64,000 nt of DNA, taken from Octopus sinensis. Taxonomy: Eukaryota. Both the position numbers and the translations under genes were made by a program. Every line of letters begins with the position of its first letter. The stretch's first letter is position 1. Below the pieces are notes generated by a model, which had not been told where the DNA came from, searched no databases, and saw only the letters and a program-made list of their open reading frames with translations. The stretch lies in the NCBI RefSeq assembly GCF_006345805.1, contig NC_042997.1, forward strand, positions 44,454,001 through 44,518,000. Direction: 5' to 3'. Positions 12,317 to 26,293 of this stretch are shown piece after piece.

Positions 12317-12772
12317 TTAAGCAAGGAATGGTATCATAAAAATATGAGATGTATTTTAAAGCATCAAGGTACTGTAAAATATATTGTGTACTGTAAGATA
12401 TGAGAAGTATCAGAAGACACTTTGGTACCATAGACAATATGAATTGTAAAGAAATGAAGTGATGCCACAAGAAATCAGAAATATTACGTACAGGATTCTT
12501 ATTGAAAGTCTTTTACCAGGAGGTGTGCAAGATAGCTGGTTGCTGCAAGAAATAAAGGCTATTATCATAAAACAGTTTTACCACCTGAATCATTTAATTA
12601 TTCTAAATAAATGAATTATTAACCTACTATACACTCAGGGAAAATTGATAATTCAGTTCTTTGATTTGTTGTTGTTGTTATAATTATCAATGGTTAAATA
12701 TTATGTAATCATGATAATTTGCTGAATAGAATTTTAGTATTTCAGTCTTCAGTAGAGTTTGTCATTGATAAG

Positions 12773-12862
12773 TAAATGCCACAAGCAAGTTAACTTCAGT
12801 GGCAGCAGCCCTGTTATCAATGGAATATGAGCGGTTTTTTTCTCTCATTTTATTTGCACAAG
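12773..12862 (+). CDS. Candidate internal exon (V)NATSKLTSVAAALLSMEYERFFSLILFAQ(G)
   Basis: 90-nt open symmetric phase-1 exon ending at donor AAG|GTAAAA. The acceptor has a weak pyrimidine tract. Confidence 0.3.
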
Positions 12863-13382
12863 GTAAAACGAAAATGCTTATGTTTATACATATTTTGACA
12901 CTTAGATTCAGAACAAATTCATCATTATTTAAAGAGAAAATGAAGAAAAATTGAATTTAAAAAAAAAAAAAATCAGTTTATTTATTCTATTTTAGTTTTA
13001 TTTACATTTCTTTTTTTTTTCTTTTCAATATTCTGTGGAAGCACCTAGTAGCATGAGATTGAAATGTACCTTCAATCGCTATTTCAAGCTGTTTTGACAT
13101 ATACAGCTTATGCCTTCTTTTTTTTTTTCTTCTTGGAAAAGACGTGAATGTAAAAATATTCAATTTTCTCTTCTTAAATATAATATCTTTGAATTGTGTC
13201 AAAACAAAGCTGCTACTTTTGTGTTGTGATAGATTAGCTTGGAAACCTATGACTTTCAATACCCAAACTAAGTTAAATCACTTTATTCTCACAAATGCCC
13301 TAGAGATTAATGAATGCCATGCTTCTAATTTCCATTATTTTCTATTTCTATATTGAAACGAAGATAATGGAAATAGTAATAA

Positions 13383-13779
13383 CTAGCAGTATCGCCCGGC
13401 GTTGCTCGGGTTTGTAAGGGAAATAACTGTATAAGCATTTTTAGAGATGTAAAGTATAATAGCCATCTCAATATGGCTAACGACAAAGGGGGGGGGGGTT
13501 ACTGTAGCTTTTTACGTTCTGAGATTTAATAATACATTTTTAGAGAGTTACTTCCCTTATATATGCCAAAAATGCATTAAAAGTGGGAAAAAATGATGGT
13601 AAATTTTTTTTAAATCATAGACTCATCGTAGATGCGCGCTAATACCCAGAAGGGCTCGATATGAATCACGACTATAAGATACCCGGTTTTGGTTAAACTG
13701 CACCGCAAAATGTGGGAGTAGTTAGGAATCTAAATCATAGGAGACAGACACCACACAACCTCACTTTTATATATATAGA
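13383..13779 (-). mobile_element. Non-autonomous Helitron
   Basis: The minus strand starts TCTATATAT and ends with hairpin CCCGAGCAACGCCGGG followed by CGATACTGCTAG; inserted between A and T. Confidence 0.85.
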
Positions 13780-13799
13780 TTAGCAAAGGTAACAAATTT

Positions 13800-13995
13800 C
13801 AGTTTAATCTGGACATGATTAAGAAAGATCTCCAGAGGCATGATGTTATCTTGGAGGATGCGGAGGTGCTGGTGTGGGACTATCAGCAGTGGTGTATACC
13901 GGTAGACCTGGTCGGCTCTGGTCAGCATGATGATGTCTCTGGGACCACTTCTTGGAATGACCCAGCTCCAAGCAAGAGCATGAAGCAAGCAAGCA
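13800..13995 (+). mobile_element. RTE-like LINE 3' remnant
   Basis: The frame ..DMIKKDLQRHDVILEDAEVLVWDYQQWC resembles the W.D.IK.DL...A.DR..W C-terminus of RTE ORF2; ends in (GCAA)n. Confidence 0.4.
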
Positions 13996-14893
13996 CTAAT
14001 GCCTTTTTTTTTCCTCTGATGCATTAACATCATAAATGAAATAAACTGCTATTGTCAGGTGAAGATGGCTTGTGGAGCAAATAAGTCAAGACATTGGACT
14101 ATCTGTACTTATGTCAGGAGTTCAAATTCACTGTGTTTTGTTAGATTCCTGGCCAGAACGCTTTACATTGGCTCAGTTTACTTAATTGTCTGAAATGTAT
14201 TACTACTCATCTGGGAATATTGTGATACATCAACATCCTATTCAAAAGATGAAATATCTAATTAATGTCATGAAACCAGAGCTTTTTAATATTCAAATAA
14301 TCTAGTTTTCTCAGGAAATTGCTACATACTATATTAAGCTGGTCACATTAACAGTAATATTCCTTACATGAGGTCACAAAGAAGTGGGGTTAGTTAATTG
14401 AATAGGCTTTAGTATATGACAGGTACCATTTTTTTGTAGTCTCTGAAGGGATAAAAGATGAAGTTGGCTTTGATGGAAGCTGAACTTAGAATATATAGGG
14501 GTGAAATTGAATACCAAAAGAGATTTACACTACAGTAGATTACAATTTCTGCTTCTTCAATTCACTGGATTTGTTTTTGTTTTTTTTTCATTACATTATG
14601 CTCTTATATTGTCTTCTTCTCATTTGCATGTAACATTTAAAGGATTGTAGCAATATGTCACAAGGCAGTTTGTAGAGTAGATGTGAGTTCTGCCACCCAC
14701 CATCCTTTTCCTAGTAATGATCAGAGCAATCAGCTGTAGACTGAGTTGAAAACACTAGAATTGATATTTTCTGATATTAAATTTCTTATCTCTGGTTTTG
14801 AGTCTGAAATCTGATCTTGTTTGCTATAGTCTTCGGTCATTACATTTAAAGGTAGTAGTAGTAATTACTTATTAATTACTACGACCTTTAGTT

Positions 14894-15340
14894 CATCATC
14901 GTTTAACGTCCGTTCTCCATGCTAGCATGGGTTGGACGGTTCGACTGGGGATCTGGGGAGCCAGTACGCTGCACCAGGCTCCAGTCTGATCTGGCAGTGT
15001 TTCTACAGCTGGATGCCCTTCTTAACGCCAACCACTCCGCGAGTGTAGTGGGTGCTTTTTACGTGCCACCTGCACAGGTGCCAGACGAGGCTGGCAAATG
15101 GCCATGATTGGATGGTGCTATTTACGTGCCACCGGCACGGGGGCTAGACAAGGCTGGCAACGGCCACAATCGGATAGTGCTTTTTACGTGCCACCGGCAC
15201 TGAGGCCAGTCGGGGCGGCGCTGGCAACGGCCACGTTCGGACGGTTCTCTAATGTGCCACCGGCACTGGTATCACAGCTACAATTTCCATTGATGTTCAT
15301 CGATTTCGACTTTTACTTACCTCAACAGGTCTTCACAAGG
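14894..15340 (-). mobile_element. Family M retroposon extending 5' of its tandem array
   Basis: Family block, three internal units, then ATCACAGCTACAATTTCCATTG shared with the 3200 and 43693 copies. Confidence 0.85.
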
Positions 15341-16014
15341 TAGGAAGCTACACATTTATAGGAAATGGAATCACATTCACATGAACCGCATTCAGTCTCC
15401 TAGTACACCTGGAAAAGGTGTAGTATCTCTGTGGCTCAAGGTGGCAGAATTAGTTTTATTTACATTTGAAATATTTCTGTTTCTCACTGCACAAGCAACT
15501 CCTACTATTTTCTTCTATTCAAGGCACTACAGTTATCAATTTCATCTGAACTGTTGCCATAATTATTGTGATTGTTGAAGTCAGTGCAGTGGTCAGAAAT
15601 ATTGAGTGCTCTACTAATTTAATTTAACGCCATGTTTTATATTGTTCACTCTGCCTTTCATTCCTTCAGGTTGATAAAAATATGCTGAAGGCAAGTTGAT
15701 CCAACTGAATATACCAGTCTTCTAATTTCTAGGCTTTTGCCTCAAATAGTATAAACATTTGTGTTATCATTGCTGTCGTGGTCCTCATCTGTGGTTATCA
15801 TGTTTCATCAGCATTTCTAGTTTCTTTGCTTTGCATGAATTTGATGACAGATTTCAGATTTGAGCATGATTTTGTGTATTTAGTTGAGGAAACATATAGC
15901 AGCATCACTTCTGTTATGGATCATTGGTTCCACTTATCAGGAAAGTGGATTTTATCACAAGAAGATATGGGTGATCTATCAGGCTAACAAGTTTTATTTA
16001 TCTAATTCATACCC

Positions 16015-16553
16015 CCATGCCAGTGGAATGTAAAAAGCACCCAGCACACTGTTGAGTAGTTGGTGTTAGGAAGGGCATCCAGCCATAGAAACCATGCCAC
16101 AACAGACAGTTGGGGTCTGGACAGCTCTCTGCTAGCCAGCTCCATGTCAAACTGTCCAACCCATGCCAGCATGGAAAGCAGATGTTAAACGTTGATGATG
16201 TTCCGGCCGATGCCAGCGCCGCCTCGACTGGCTTCTGTGCCGGTGGCACATAAAAAGCACCATCCGAACGTGGCCGATGCCAGCGCCGCCTTGGCTGGCT
16301 TCCGTGCCGGTGGCACGTTAAAAGCACCAACCGGTCGTGACCAATGCCAGACTCCCCTGGCACCTGTGCCGGTGGCACATAAAAAGCACCCACTACACTT
16401 GCGGAGTGGTTGGCGTTAGGAAGGGCATCCAGCTGTAGAAACACTGCCAGATCAGACTGGAGCCTGGTGCAGCCCCTGGCTTCCCAGACCCCATCGAACC
16501 GTCCAACCCGTACTAGCGCGGAAAATTGACGTTAAACGATGATGCTGATGATG
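16015..16553 (+). mobile_element. Two adjacent family M copies (a diverged short copy, then a younger copy)
   Basis: Two GGAAGGGCATCC blocks, each ending in GTTAAACG..GATG. Confidence 0.8.
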
Positions 16554-17774
16554 ATAATGTCCTTAAGTGTAATGGTGGCATTAATGATTTATTGGCCATG
16601 CAGTCTTTAGGAACAAATTTTTGGTAGTTAAACATAATATAGATGGTACAGCTTTGCTCTGTATAAGAGCTTTGCTCTTGTATTTTGTTGAAAAATTACC
16701 ATATACGTAGGTAGGCAGTGGTTGGCAGGTTCAATAGACAAAATTCCTTGAGATATCTCATTTTGTTGCTATAGAAGTTCAGACTATGCCAAGATCGATT
16801 TTACATTTAATTTTTTGTGGGGTTGATAAAACATGTAGCAGTCAAATAATAAATAAGTTCTCCACCATTTCCACCAAACCACCACCTTTCCTCTGCATCA
16901 CCATTTTAACATTACTAATGATAATGATGGTACTAGGACATCCATAACAAATGAGATGGTTGTATTGAATGTATGTTGTGAGTCATTGTTTTAGTATTAG
17001 AGGGTCTTGTGCAGAATTTGTATGTTACTTGGTAGTGTTACTTTTTGAATTGTGTGCCATACTAAGTCCCAGTTTAGTACTTAAATTTTTGTTTCATGTT
17101 CTTTCTTCTTTTTTTTTATTTATTATCATGAACCAAAACATAAGTACCACACCAAAGCTTGCAATATTGCACACAAAAATTAATACTTCTGGTTAACATA
17201 CAGATTCTGCTCCATTTGTTATTAACACTAATCTTATTCACATTATCTATTTTCATTATCTTGTTATCTAGTTTTTTGTTCTTGGATAATTATAATTAAC
17301 CTATTTATGGTTGACATTTGGTAGTAGGTAGGGATTGGAATGCCTCTCAGAATGCACTGATTTCTTCTGGTGTCTTTTATTACAATATCTAGATTTATAT
17401 GTTTTTCTTTTCTATGTCAGTCTAAGGAGTGGATATGTTTTAGTTTTATTATGATCACATACAAGTGCATTACTGATTTTTCAACAAGTAATGATGTTGA
17501 TATCTCTTTTAATGCAAACACAATTATGTGAAGGCACCTGAATTTCCTGCAACCATTATTATCATTTTTGCTACTAGGCTTTTATTACATGCATTTGTTT
17601 ATTCACTAATGAGTAACATGTCATGAAGGTGGAGACTTTTCTGTCTGTCGGTCTCTCTCCCCATCTAACTGTAGTGGTGCGAAGGCCCAAATGTTTAGAA
17701 CTGAATCTGGCACTATGTACTTACTCCCCAAGGACATTTACTTGAAAATGTAACTGTGAAGAATATGTTAATAT

Positions 17775-17925
17775 ATTTCTTTACTGCCCAGAAGGGGCTA
17801 AACAAGGACAGACGAAGGGATTGAGTCGATTATATCGACCCCAGTGCGAAACTGGTACTTTATTCATCGACCCCTAAAGGATGAAAGGCAAAGTTGACCT
17901 CGGCGGAATTTGAACTCAGAACGTA
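17775..17925 (-). mobile_element. Nin/Deu-like SINE fragment
   Basis: ATCGACCCC..AAGGATGAAAGGCAAAGTTGACCTCGGCGGAATTTGAACTCAGAACG. Confidence 0.7.
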
Positions 17926-20337
17926 GAAAGCTTATCTCCACTGCAGAGAATATGATGTTCCATAATGAAAGAGGAAAAGATACTTGTGAAGAGAGGGTCC
18001 TGATGGTACCCAAGGGCTAGGAGATTGGTTTAGTTTTTGAATCTTTGCACCTTTATATTATTGTAGTCGAACACTGGAGGAATGCGTCTGCTTTTGTGGC
18101 ATATTTCTAGTGAATAGGAAGAGCCACACTGTGAAAATTTAATTGTGCAAAAGTTGTTAATAGTTTGGTAGTAGCCTTGTAGGAATTAACCCTGAATTAC
18201 TATTATGGGATCCCCTTTTAATTTGACGAAATGAATAATCCAACATGGGTCTGGCACCAAGAATGCTTGAAAATTGATGGTGAACCTGTACCTGATTTGA
18301 TAGGGGTTTGTTGTTTTATGGCTTAGTCAAAGGAAGAATGGCAGTGTCTGTGACCTATTGTAAGATCTCCAACGCTGACAGGGTAAAGGGAAGAAGAAAC
18401 TGCTGGAAGCCAATTGCCAAGTGTAAGCATATTCTGCCAATAGGACATTCTCCTAAAAAGTTACTAACAAGACCCTACCCTTGTCATATTTGCTGCTGGG
18501 CTCCGCTGTAGAATCACTTGCATGTATGTTCTGCTAATATCATTTCCCTATCCAACACACACTCAGCAAGACATTAGGTGCTTCTGGTTTTGTTTAACTT
18601 ACTTGGTTGATTAATCAATTAATTAATTGTCTACTTTGGTATCTAACAACTACTGAATCTTTTTATCATTGATTATTAAGCAAAACAAAAGAAGTTTCTT
18701 TTTTGTCTCTTTTTCCAAAATTTTGCTTTTTAATCAAGGTTTTTATTTTTTAAATAAATCTTATAGCGGAAGAGATAAAAAAACAAAAGAGAAGGAAATA
18801 AAATTACAAGATAAAACAAATAACAGTAGAAAAACTTATACATAGCCACATAGTAAGATGCTTTTGTTTAACGCAATACATTTACTTACATAGTTAGAAG
18901 CCAAGAAAATATTTTTACAAATATTAGCAGCTGTAATATTTGTTCAAAAATATATTCACTGTTTTGATAGATTAGTGGAAATATTACCTTTGAAAAAGTT
19001 GTTTATTGGTGAGAGGGGGAGCTTCCAGTCATAGAAAATACCTACCATGTCAAATTTAACACCTGATCCATGCAGGCCTGAAAATGGATGTTCAAATCAT
19101 AATAACAATGATTGTGATGATAATAATTTGCTTTCAGATTTTGAATTATTGTAATATTGGTTTCAAATTTCAACACAAGGCCAGCAATTTCGAGAGAGTG
19201 GCTAAGTTGATTACATCAATCCCAGTGCTAAGCTGATACTTACTTCGCTGACCGTGGCAGAATTTGGACTCCAAACTTAAAAACGGATGAAATGCTGCCA
19301 AGCATTTTACTTGGCATGCAAACTATTCTGGCAGCTAGCCGCCTAAATTATAATCTTGACCTATCATTATCATCATTTAATGTCAGTTGTCCATGCTGGC
19401 ATGGTTTGACCAGGGCTGGCAAGCTGGAAGGCTGCACCATACTCCAGTCTGATCTAGCATGGTTGCTATGGCTAGATTCCCTTCCTAACGCCAACCACTC
19501 TGAGAGCATAACGGGTACTTTTACATGCCACTGGCACGGGTCTCATTTGCGTGACTCCAGTATCTTCCACAACTGCGATTTTGCTCGGCTTGGTGGGTCT
19601 TCTTCCCAAGCGTGACATAATGCCAAAGGTCTCAGTCGTTGCCTCTGTGAGGCCCAACACTCAAAAGGAGCTCAGCCACGTTGCCTCCATGAGGCCCAAT
19701 GCTTGAAAAGTGCTTTTTACGTGACACCAACACCAGCCATGACTATGATTTCACTTGGCTTGATGGGTCTTCTGCTCAAGCACAGCATATCACCAAGGGT
19801 CTCAGTCACTGCTTTTTGTCAAATTTGGCTTTTGTGAAGGCTGAGCAATCCAGACGTTAAATGGGTTTTTGTCACTTGATGTTTGCAGGACATTTTGTAT
19901 TAGTCAGTAGCTTTGTTGTTGTAGTTTTTTTTTTTTTTTTTTTAGGTCAACATGTCTATAGTGTTTAGATTTGATGAGTTGTTGTTTTGAGTTTGTGTAG
20001 TTGCTGTTTTCTTAGAATGTAATTAATTAGGTTGTCTATTGTTTTCTGAATCTTATGTTATAAAAGAGGAACGGATTTCGGTCTGTCTGTCTGTCTGTCA
20101 CAACATCTATTACAGGGAAGGAAAGAAGTGTGTGTGGGGGGGGGGATCAAAATATACATCACAACATATTTTGAAGAAAAGGAGGAGAAAAAGTTGTTGA
20201 GAGAGAGAGAGAGTGTGTGTATGTGTGTGTGAAAGTTAGACAGATAGATAAATAGGTAAGTAGGTAGTGTTGTCACCATAGCAACTAACAAGTTTTAATT
20301 AAAAACACAAGAATTTTAAGTGAAAGTCTGTCAACGT

Positions 20338-20810
20338 AATCATCATCATCATCATTAATGTCCGCTTTCCATGCTGGCATGGGTTGGATGATTTGACTGA
20401 GGACTGGTGAACCAGATGAGTGCACCAGGCTTCAATCTGATCTGGCAGAGTTTCTACAGCTGGATGCCTTCCTAATGCCAACCACTCCGAGAGTGTAGAG
20501 GGTGCTTTTATGTGCCACTGACACGAGGGCCAGTCAGGCGGTACTGGCAACAGCCACGCTCAAATGGTATTTTTTATGTGCCACCTGCACAGGAGCCAGT
20601 TCAGTGGCACTGGCAACGACCTTGCTCGAATATTTTTTCACATGTCACTGGCACATGTGCCAGTAAGGCAACACTGCTAATGATCATGCTTGAATGGTGC
20701 TTTTTATGTGCCACCGGCACGGAAGCCAGCCAGCTGCTCTGGCAATGATCCTGCTCGGAGGATGCTCTTAGCGCTCCACTAGCACGGATGCCAGTCCTCG
20801 ATTTTGATTT
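20338..20810 (-). mobile_element. Diverged family M retroposon
   Basis: (CAT)n, the family block and four degenerate internal units. Confidence 0.8.
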
Positions 20811-20956
20811 CGATATATTTTCTGTTTACATGGAAAGTATAAATACAAGTTGCTCACAAGATGACACAGTGCTAAATATTTTTTTAATTAATGATTATAA
20901 AATTAAGCAAAATAATTACTTTGTTTTTTTTTTTCTGCAGTATTAATAAGGAGTGA

Positions 20957-21257
20957 GTGAAGGCGCATGGCTCAGTGGTTAAAGCGTCAAGCTTACGATC
21001 GTGAGGTTGTGAGCTCGAATCCCGGACCAGGCTGCGTGTTGTGTTCTTGAGCAAGACACTTTATTTCACGTTGTTCCAGTTCACTCAGCTGTAGAAATGA
21101 GTTGCGACGTCACGAGTGCCAAGCTGTATCGGCCGGTATGCATGGGTGACTGCTGGTCTTCCATAAACAACCATGCCCAGACTTGTGACTAGGAGGGTAA
21201 CTTTCTATGTGCAATCCCATAGTCAGTGTCGTGACTGAAGGGGGTCCCGGATCCCGG
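20957..21257 (+). mobile_element. tRNA-derived CORE-like SINE with a 12-bp target-site duplication
   Basis: AATAAGGAGTGA at 20945-20956 and 21258-21269 flanks a GGCGCATGGCTCAGTGGTT...CGAATCCC head. Confidence 0.85.
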
Positions 21258-21393
21258 AATAAGGAGTGAAATAAAAACAAAATATAGATATTTATATTTT
21301 GTTTTTGTGTGTTTCTGTATGTTTTTCAGCATAGAGACAACTCAGCACAGTTTCAAAAAAAATAAAGAAAAAAAAAACCTTCATTATGTAACA

Positions 21394-21565
21394 GACGCAG
21401 GAGTGGCTGTGTGGTATGTAGCTTGCTTACAAACCACATGGTTCTGGGTTCAGTCCCACTGCATGGCATCTTGGGCAAGTGTCTTCTGCTATAGCCCCGG
21501 GCTGACCAATGCCTTGTGAGTGGATTTGGTAGACGGAAACTGAAAGAAGCCTGTCGTATATATGT

Positions 21566-21596
<31 letters not shown>

Positions 21597-22012
21597 TTGT
21601 GTTTGTCCCCCTAGTATTGCTTGACAACCAATGCTGGTGTGTTTATGTCCCCGTTACTTAGCGGTTCGGCAAAAGAGACCGATAGAATAAGTACTGGGCT
21701 TACAAAAGAATAAAGTCCCGGGGTCGATTTGGTCGACTAAAGGCAGTGCTCCAGCATGGCTACAGTCAAATAACTGAAACAAGTAAAAGAGTATGTGTGT
21801 ATGTTTGTGCGTGTGTGTTTGTCCCCTTAGCATTGCTTGACAACCGATGCTGGTGTGTTTATGAACCCGTAACTTAGCGGTTCGGCAAAAGAGACCGATA
21901 GAATAAGTACTGGGCTTACAAAAGAATAAGTCCTGGGGTTGATTTGGTCGACTAAAGGCAGTGCTCCAGCATGGCCGCAGTCAAATGACTGAACAAGTAA
22001 AAGAGTAAAAAG
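21394..22012 (+). mobile_element. Family B SINE with a duplicated 3' half
   Basis: Head plus 3' half, then a second 3' half joined through AGTAAAAGAGTATGTGTGTATGTTTGTGCGTG. Confidence 0.85.
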
Positions 22013-22282
22013 AGAGAGTATAGTTAGTTTTGGTTGTTTGTGTGTGTGTGTGTGTATTTCTGTCTGTATGTCTTTCAATATTGAGACAATGCAACACACA
22101 CTTTAGAAAGATGACTTTCACTATGACAGGTTGTTGAGAAAGAAAATCAGAGAGAGAGAGGGACAGAGAGACAGAGAGTTTGGAATATAGATAAGTAGAC
22201 TTGTCACCATAGTAACTAACAAAACTTTCAATATATAACTGTCCACTATTAAAAGAATGTATATGCATGATTAACAAACATA

Positions 22283-22892
22283 GGCGCAGGAGTGGCTGTG
22301 TGGTAAGTAGCTTGCTAACCAACCACATGGTTCCGGGTTCAGTCCCACTGCGTGGCACCTTGGGCAAGTGTCTTCTGCTATAGCCTCGGGCCGACCAAAG
22401 CCTTGTGGGTGGATTTGGTAGATGGAAACTGAAGGAAGCCTGTCGTATATATGTATATATATGTGTGTGTGCGTGTGTGTTTGTCCCCCTAGCATTGCTT
22501 GACAACCGATGCTGGTGTGTTTATGTCCCCATCACTTAGCGGTTCGGCAAAAGAGACCGATAGAATAAGTACTGGGCTTACAAAAGAATAAGTCCCGGGG
22601 TCGAGTTGCTCGACTAAAGGCGGTGCTCCAGCATGGCCACAGTCAAATAACTGAAACAAGTAAAAGAGTATGTGTGTATGTTTGTGCGTGTGTGTTTGTC
22701 CCCCTAGCATTGCTTGACAACCGATGCTGGTGTGTTTATGTCCCTGTCACTTAGCGGTTCGGCAAAAGAGACAGATAGAATAAGTACTGGGCTTACAATG
22801 AATAAGTCCCGGGGTTGAGTTGCTCGATTAAAGGCGGTGCTCCAGCATGGCCGCAGTCAAATGACTGAAACAAGTAAAAAGAGTAAAAGAGT
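22283..22892 (+). mobile_element. Second family B SINE with a duplicated 3' half
   Basis: Same architecture and the same junction as 21394-22012. Confidence 0.85.
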
Positions 22893-24343
22893 AAATATGT
22901 GTAGTGACAGGTAAAGACTTAGTACTTCATAATAGCAGTGAACAAGGTAAACTTGTTTCATTTTCAAATGTTCTTTGTCCATAGCCATTCTCAAGATGTT
23001 ATCGGTTTAACATAAAAATTATGTTAGTACAATAACCTTTGCCCATAGACTCGGGGAATTAGCTTTAGTTTGTTGGCTGATAACAAAATATAATTAGTCA
23101 ACTCATACCAGTGTTTGAAAAAACGGATGTGAAATGATGAAGATGATATTGATGTTTAGATAAGAGCCTTAAGTTAACATTTGTTTTCTTTTTATCATGT
23201 TGCTGCATGAATATTATTGGCAAGAAGAATATAAATAATTATGATGAAACAAATACACTGAATATAATATTTTGCTTTGTAAGTTCGTGTAACAAAGCAG
23301 GAAGTTGTAAGAGCAATCCTTCAAGTTTAGGCTTTTTGAATAAATGATGTATTTGTTACACTAATACTGTGGTAATTTTATAAGTATTTTTTAAATGAAA
23401 ATTAAAAAAAAAAACAAAGCAAAAAATAACTTGTCTATGATTGACGAGAGATTTATTTCATCAGGAAATATACTTTGAAATGTATATTGTTGCATTTATC
23501 TAGTTAAAGGCTAAATTATTGTAGTGCAATGGAAAAGTCTGATTGAGTTGTTTAAAAAAAAAAAGAAAGAAACATAATCAGGGTATTCGTTAATGAAATA
23601 TTATGACTTTGTAAAAAACACAATAATAAATGAAAAAAAAGGTTCATTATGTAGTGATTATCTTTATGTATTGATAATTTATATTAAGTGCAGATTGGCT
23701 ATGTGGTTAAGAAATTTGCTTCACAACCACGCAGTGTCAGGTTCAGTCGCACTGCGACACCTTGGACAGGTGTCTTCTGTGACACTTCGGTCAGTCAAAG
23801 CCTTGCTAGCGGACTTGATAGATGGAAGCTGAAAGACACTTGTGGTGTGTGTGTGAGTGAGAAAGTGTGTTTGCACTCCTTTTCTTGACTTTGAGTACTA
23901 ATTGTAAACAAACTTCATTGTTATGCAAGCAGTGTCATTTATTTGTAATCTTCTGTGAAAAAATGCTTAGCCACTGTGCTGTTCCTGACTCAAGGGACTT
24001 GAGGACTTGAAGCATTAATTTGCTTGGAGACAAGGTTACAGAAAGAACATCTGGCTGATGGAAATCTGTCTTCAGGAATTTTGTCTGGCCAATGCAAGTA
24101 TGGGAAATTAGATGTTGATGATGATGATGGTGATTATTGGTAGAATCATTGGAGTATCAGACTAAATGCTTTATGTTCTAATCTTGCTGAGGTTAAATTT
24201 GCCTTTCATCATTCTAGGGCTGATAACATAAAGGATTGGGGTTGATATAATCAACTATGCCCCTAAAGTCTGGGCTTCTATCTATGTTAGAAACAATAAA
24301 TTTATGTTTATAATTTACTTGATGCATTTCCTGTTCTGTGTAG

Positions 24344-24443
24344 CAATCAGCTGATAATAAAAGCTACTTAACATTTGCAAATTTAGTGGAAAATAAATTT
24401 GATACTTCCTTAATGATTACCAGTTCAGTTTGTAATGCAAGAT
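24344..24443 (+). CDS. Candidate internal exon QSADNKSYLTFANLVENKFDTSLMITSSVCNAR
   Basis: Acceptor ATTTCCTGTTCTGTGTAG, 33 open codons, donor T|GTATGG. Confidence 0.3.
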
Positions 24444-25437
24444 GTATGGAAGACTTTTTAGGTGTTTTCGCTCAATAAACACTCACAACGCCCGGTCTGG
24501 GAATCGAAACTGCAATCCTATACCCGCAAGTCCGCTGCCCTAACCACTGGGCCATTGCGCCTCCACTCTTTACTATTAGATGCCCGTTGTATGCTACTAT
24601 GCTAGTATGATGGTCTTTGCTCCTCAGAGGTGACTTGACTCATCTCCCCTCCTCCCGTCACCTTTTTATGTCCACCCTACTCTATGGCTCTACACTGATC
24701 ATTAGCCACTTCCTCTAGATTTAGCAAGTTAAGCAGACAAACAAACAGGGAATACTTAATGTTCTTCTTCGGATTACATATATGGGCATCAACATTATCA
24801 TTATCATTTAATTTCCACTTTTCCATGTTTGCATGGGTTGGACAGAGTATATTTGTGGCAGATTTTCTATGGCTGGATGCCCTTCCTGTCGCTAAACCTC
24901 ACCCACTTCCAAGCAAGACATGTTCTTGCAGAATATTGGAAATGAATACTGCTGCTTGTATCATAGTAATGTCCATTTATGACTATCAAGGCAAGGAGAC
25001 AAACACACACACATGTGCACAATACATCTCTTTCTGTGTGTGTGTGTGTATGTACACACACATGCGTACACAACAGGCTTCTTTCAGTTTCTGTCTACAA
25101 TATCCATTCATAAAGCTTTGATCAACCCGAAAGCTATTGTACAAGACACTTCCCTAAGGTGCCATGTAGTGGGACTGAACCTAGAGCCATGTGGTTGGGA
25201 AGCAAACTCATTGCCACACAGCCACATCTGTGCCTATGCAACCACACTTGCATACACACACACACACACACACACACCTTCCTTTACAGATCTCATGTAT
25301 TTCTGAAGCTCAAGAATTACAACCCATATTTCTGAAGTTAATATGGCCAGGCTTTACTGCAATCATCTCTATCAACTCGAAGATCTAGTAAGCAAAAAAA
25401 GGATAACCTTGAAATTAATATTTTAATACGACACTAT

Positions 25438-25806
25438 CTGAATCGTGGCCGATGCCAGCGCCGCCTCGACTGGCTTCCATGTCGGTGGCACGTAAATAGC
25501 ACCATCCGAATCGTGGCCGAAGCCGGTGCCGCCTCGACTGGCTTCCGTGCCGGTGGCACGTAAAATGCACCAATCCGACCGTGGCCGATGCCAGCCTCGC
25601 CTGGCTCCAGTGCAGGTGGCACGTAAAAAGCACCCACTACACTCACGGAGTGGTTGGTGTTAGGAAGGGCATCCAGCTGTAGAAACATTGCCAGATAAGA
25701 CCGGAGCCTGGTGCAGCCTTCTGGCTTCCCAGATCCCCGGTCGAACCGTCCAACCCATGCTAGCATGGAGAAGGGACGTTAAACGATGATGATGATGATG
25801 ATGATG
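25438..25806 (+). mobile_element. Family M retroposon with ~68-bp internal units
   Basis: AATCGTGGCC recurs at 25441 and 25509; (GAT)n tail. Confidence 0.85.
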
Positions 25807-25949
25807 ACATATGTTGGAGGTCATCATCTTCAGGAAATGTTGGAAATGAATGATACTCCTCCTTCGCATTAAGCTTCACTTCAAAGGGAGTTTACTGTTC
25901 TTGGTTTTGGGAAGACAAGTCTTTCAGTCATTTGTGTCTTTATCAAGTA

Positions 25950-26293
25950 CTAGCAGTATCGCCCGGCGTTGCTCAGGTTTGTAAGGGAAATAACTATATA
26001 AGCATTTTTGGAGAGTTACTTCCCTTATAGATGCCAATTCGGGCTTTCTTAGCCATTTCTGTTTTGGTGTCTTCAAGCCATGAAGTCGTTGTTCTAAAAG
26101 AACGCTGGTCTCCTTGACAACGCTTTACGACGTTGATTTCCTTACACTCCCTTCCCCACAGCTTCACGAGGGAGGGAAGAAGGGGGAGAAGATACCCGAA
26201 TTTGGTTAAACTGCACTGCAAAATGTGGGAGTAGTTAGGAATCTAAATCGAAGGGGACAGACACTCACACAACTACAGTTTTATATATATAGA
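25950..26293 (-). mobile_element. Non-autonomous Helitron (variant interior)
   Basis: Same TC 5' end and hairpin-CTAG 3' end as 13383-13779, with a different middle. Confidence 0.8.

Noticed and set aside
15778-15987. 69-aa ORF MVLICGY...EDMGDLSG as an exon
   Set aside because: No convincing donor or recognisable homology; the length is compatible with chance.
20941-20956. Micro-exon after the strong acceptor TTTTCTGCAG with donor-like GTGAGT
   Set aside because: The GTGAGT is created by the SINE insertion junction inside the target-site duplication; nothing supports its use.
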